From Mollicutes bacterium (lineage in GTDB: Bacteria > Bacillota_I > Bacilli_A > RF39 > UBA660): a stretch of 34,754 bases of DNA. Under the pieces are notes generated by a model that worked only from the letters and a program-made list of their open reading frames with translations, made no database searches and was not told the DNA's origin. Positions within the stretch are counted from its first letter, which is position 1, and every line of letters begins with the position of its first letter. Location: positions 1 through 34,754 of the forward strand of contig PWIL01000034.1 of NCBI GenBank assembly GCA_003560455.1. Direction: 5' to 3'. A program made the position numbers and the translations under genes. Shown in pieces: positions 33,188 through 34,754 of the stretch.

Positions 33188-34507
33188 ATGCGTAAAGGTG
33201 TTGTCGCCTTAGTTGGGCGACCAAATACTGGAAAATCAACATTATTTAATGCAATTGCCGGCCAAAAACTAGCGATTACGGAAGATATTCCGGGAGTTAC
33301 GCGTGATCGGGTGTATAGTTTGGTTGATTTTAATGAGCAAATCTTTCACTTGGTTGATACTGGTGGTATTACTTTAGATAATGATAAATTTCAAAAAGAA
33401 ATTAAAATGCAAGCACAATTAGCGATTGATGAAGCAGATTTAATTGTTTTTGTTGTTGATGGCAAGTTTGGTTTAAATAGTGATGATTATTTAATTCGTG
33501 ACATGTTATTAAAGGTTAATAAAAAAGTGGTGGTGGCTATTAATAAAAATGATACTAAAGCTTATCGTGAGCAAATGTATGATTTTTATCAGTTAGGTTT
33601 TGAGCATTATTTTCCGGTCTCTGGTGAACAAAAAGATGGCTTATTTGATTTATTAACTTTTGTTGTTGATAATTTAGAAATTAGTCAAGAAGAATTTAAT
33701 GAAGAATATTTAAAGTTTGCCTTTATCGGTCGACCAAATGTTGGTAAAAGTAGTTTGGTAAATGCTCTTTTAAATGAAAAAAGAGTAATTGTTAGTGATG
33801 AACCAGGAACTACTCGTGATGCGATTGATATTTCTTTTTCTTATGAAAAACAGTCCTATGTAGTGATTGATACAGCTGGTATTCGACGCAAGGGCAGAAT
33901 ATATGAAAATGTTGAAAAGTATAGTTTAATGCGCACTTTAAAAGCGATTGATCGTGCCGATGTTTGTGTCGTTGTTTTAGATGCATCAACGGGGATTATT
34001 GAATATGATAAACATATAGCCGGTTTTGCTAAAGCAGCGGGCAAGGCAGTTGTTTTAGCAGTTAATAAATGGGATTTGGCTGGTGAATTAGAAATTAGCA
34101 TTCATGATTTTACTAATTTAATTAAAAGAGATTTTGCTTTTATTGCTTATGCCCCAATTGTTTTTTTATCGGCTTTAACTAAAAAAAGATTAGCAACTTT
34201 AATGCCAGAAATTTTAAAATGTTATGCTAATGCTCAAAGGGAAATTGCTACCAATGTTTTAAATGAAGTTATTAGAGATGCTTTTTATTTAAATCCACCA
34301 CCTGGTTATAAAGGGCGGCGTTTAAAAATTTATTTTAGTCATCAAGTTGGGATTAAACCACCTATTTTTAATATTCAAGTTAATGATAAAGGTTTAGTTC
34401 ATTTTTCATATTATCGTTATTTAGAAAATAAAATTCGTGAAAATTTTGATTTTCGGGGAACACCAATTGTTTTAAAGTTTAAAAATAAAGGTGAAGAACG
34501 ACAATGA
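33188..34507 (+). CDS. der: Ribosome-associated GTPase Der/EngA (tandem GTPase domains + KH-like domain)
   Basis: Two G domains (GRPNTGKSTLFN ... DTGG; GRPNVGKSSLVN ... DTAG ... NKWD) and the C-terminal part PPPGYKGRRLKIYFSHQVGIKPPIF. Confidence 0.96.
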   Translation: MRKGVVALVGRPNTGKSTLFNAIAGQKLAITEDIPGVTRDRVYSLVDFNEQIFHLVDTGGITLDNDKFQKEIKMQAQLAIDEADLIVFVVDGKFGLNSDDYLIRDMLLKVNKKVVVAINKNDTKAYREQMYDFYQLGFEHYFPVSGEQKDGLFDLLTFVVDNLEISQEEFNEEYLKFAFIGRPNVGKSSLVNALLNEKRVIVSDEPGTTRDAIDISFSYEKQSYVVIDTAGIRRKGRIYENVEKYSLMRTLKAIDRADVCVVVLDASTGIIEYDKHIAGFAKAAGKAVVLAVNKWDLAGELEISIHDFTNLIKRDFAFIAYAPIVFLSALTKKRLATLMPEILKCYANAQREIATNVLNEVIRDAFYLNPPPGYKGRRLKIYFSHQVGIKPPIFNIQVNDKGLVHFSYYRYLENKIRENFDFRGTPIVLKFKNKGEERQ

Positions 34508-34754
34508 AAAAGCTTTTATTGCATGTTTGTTGCGCTCCTTGTGCAATTTATTTTTTAGAAAATTTAAAAAAATATGAAATCACTTTATGGTTTTATAATC
34601 CTAATATAATGCCCAAAGAAGAATATGTGAAACGTTTAAATGAAGTAAAAAAAATTGCTAAGATTTATAATGTAGATTTAATTATTGAAGCATATGAAAA
34701 TGAATTGTTTTTTAAAAAAATCAAAGGTTTTGAAAAAGAAAAAGAAGGTCAAAA
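34504..34754 (+). CDS. queH: Epoxyqueuosine reductase QueH (DUF208), 3'-truncated by the window edge
   Basis: MKKLLLHVCCAPCAIYF....FYNPNIMPKEEYVKR matches the QueH N-terminal Cys motif. ATG 34504 overlaps the der stop (ATGA). Confidence 0.8.
   Translation, partial: MKKLLLHVCCAPCAIYFLENLKKYEITLWFYNPNIMPKEEYVKRLNEVKKIAKIYNVDLIIEAYENELFFKKIKGFEKEKEGQ

Noticed and set aside
1311-34101. About 21 short ORFs of 60-154 aa from the six-frame track lie inside or antisense to larger genes. They are 1311-1577, 1936-2400, 3918-4214, 4785-4991, 5529-5732, 5795-6049, 8230-8526, 15262-15507, 15667-16017, 16634-16846, 17469-17660, 17648-17830, 21462-21665, 22673-22855, 24154-24411, 26129-26386, 26614-26856, 27359-27664, 31750-32022, 32113-32295 and 33856-34101.
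   Set aside because: Each is fully overlapped by a gene with a strong family signature or better start context. Their translations are low-complexity (S/F/L/I-rich mirror images of E/K-rich genes). None has a convincing SD.
1-34754. Possibility that this is a Mollicutes-type genome read with genetic code 4 (TGA=Trp).
   Set aside because: RF2 (which reads UGA) is present with an in-frame autoregulatory TGA. nrdG, prfB and der end at TGA at the expected protein lengths. All Trp codons in the segments I translated by hand are TGG, and peptidoglycan synthesis genes are present.

Overview
This is a 34.75-kb window, very AT-rich (about 30% G+C by eye) and about 90% coding, with 31 of 34 genes on the + strand. 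The genetic code is standard: TGA terminates several strongly recognisable genes, and RF2 is present with its classical +1 frameshift. Despite the Mollicutes-like composition, this looks like a wall-forming low-GC Bacillota-type genome (inference). Content is overwhelmingly housekeeping. In order: pgsA (5' partial), recA, rny; a minus-strand DUF1292 plus E/K-rich coiled-coil pair; nrdDG; a rearranged division/cell-wall block (SEDS gene on the minus strand, a degenerate EIIB-like gene, murG-murB-divIB-ftsA-ftsZ); a YfcC-type permease, a DUF45 peptidase and a MOP/MurJ-like flippase; LemA-DUF2207; trmB; a four-gene envelope operon (lipoprotein, acidic protein, DUF948, YtxH); an SH3+DUF4015 lipoprotein; yutD; prfB; ftsEX; engB; der; queH (3' partial). 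I saw no rRNA, tRNA, CRISPR, transposase/integrase or recognisable defence genes, and no obvious self-contained novel multi-gene system. Four things are not explained by routine annotation. (1) A large prepilin-type GLUG-repeat gene just downstream of ftsZ has its SD+ATG out of frame with the 2.2-kb body, across an A8 tract that forms an A_AAA_AAG -1 slippery heptamer. (2) ftsA ends at an in-frame TAA, and the 27 codons after it stay open up to the ftsZ ribosome-binding site and encode what looks like the missing C-terminal amphipathic membrane-targeting helix. (3) Two orphan modular pilin genes bracket the division cluster with no pilus machinery in view. (4) A membrane-anchored PTS EIIB-like domain without its catalytic Cys sits directly upstream of murG. 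All functional calls rest on my reading of the translated ORFs (motifs and remembered family signatures), not on database searches.
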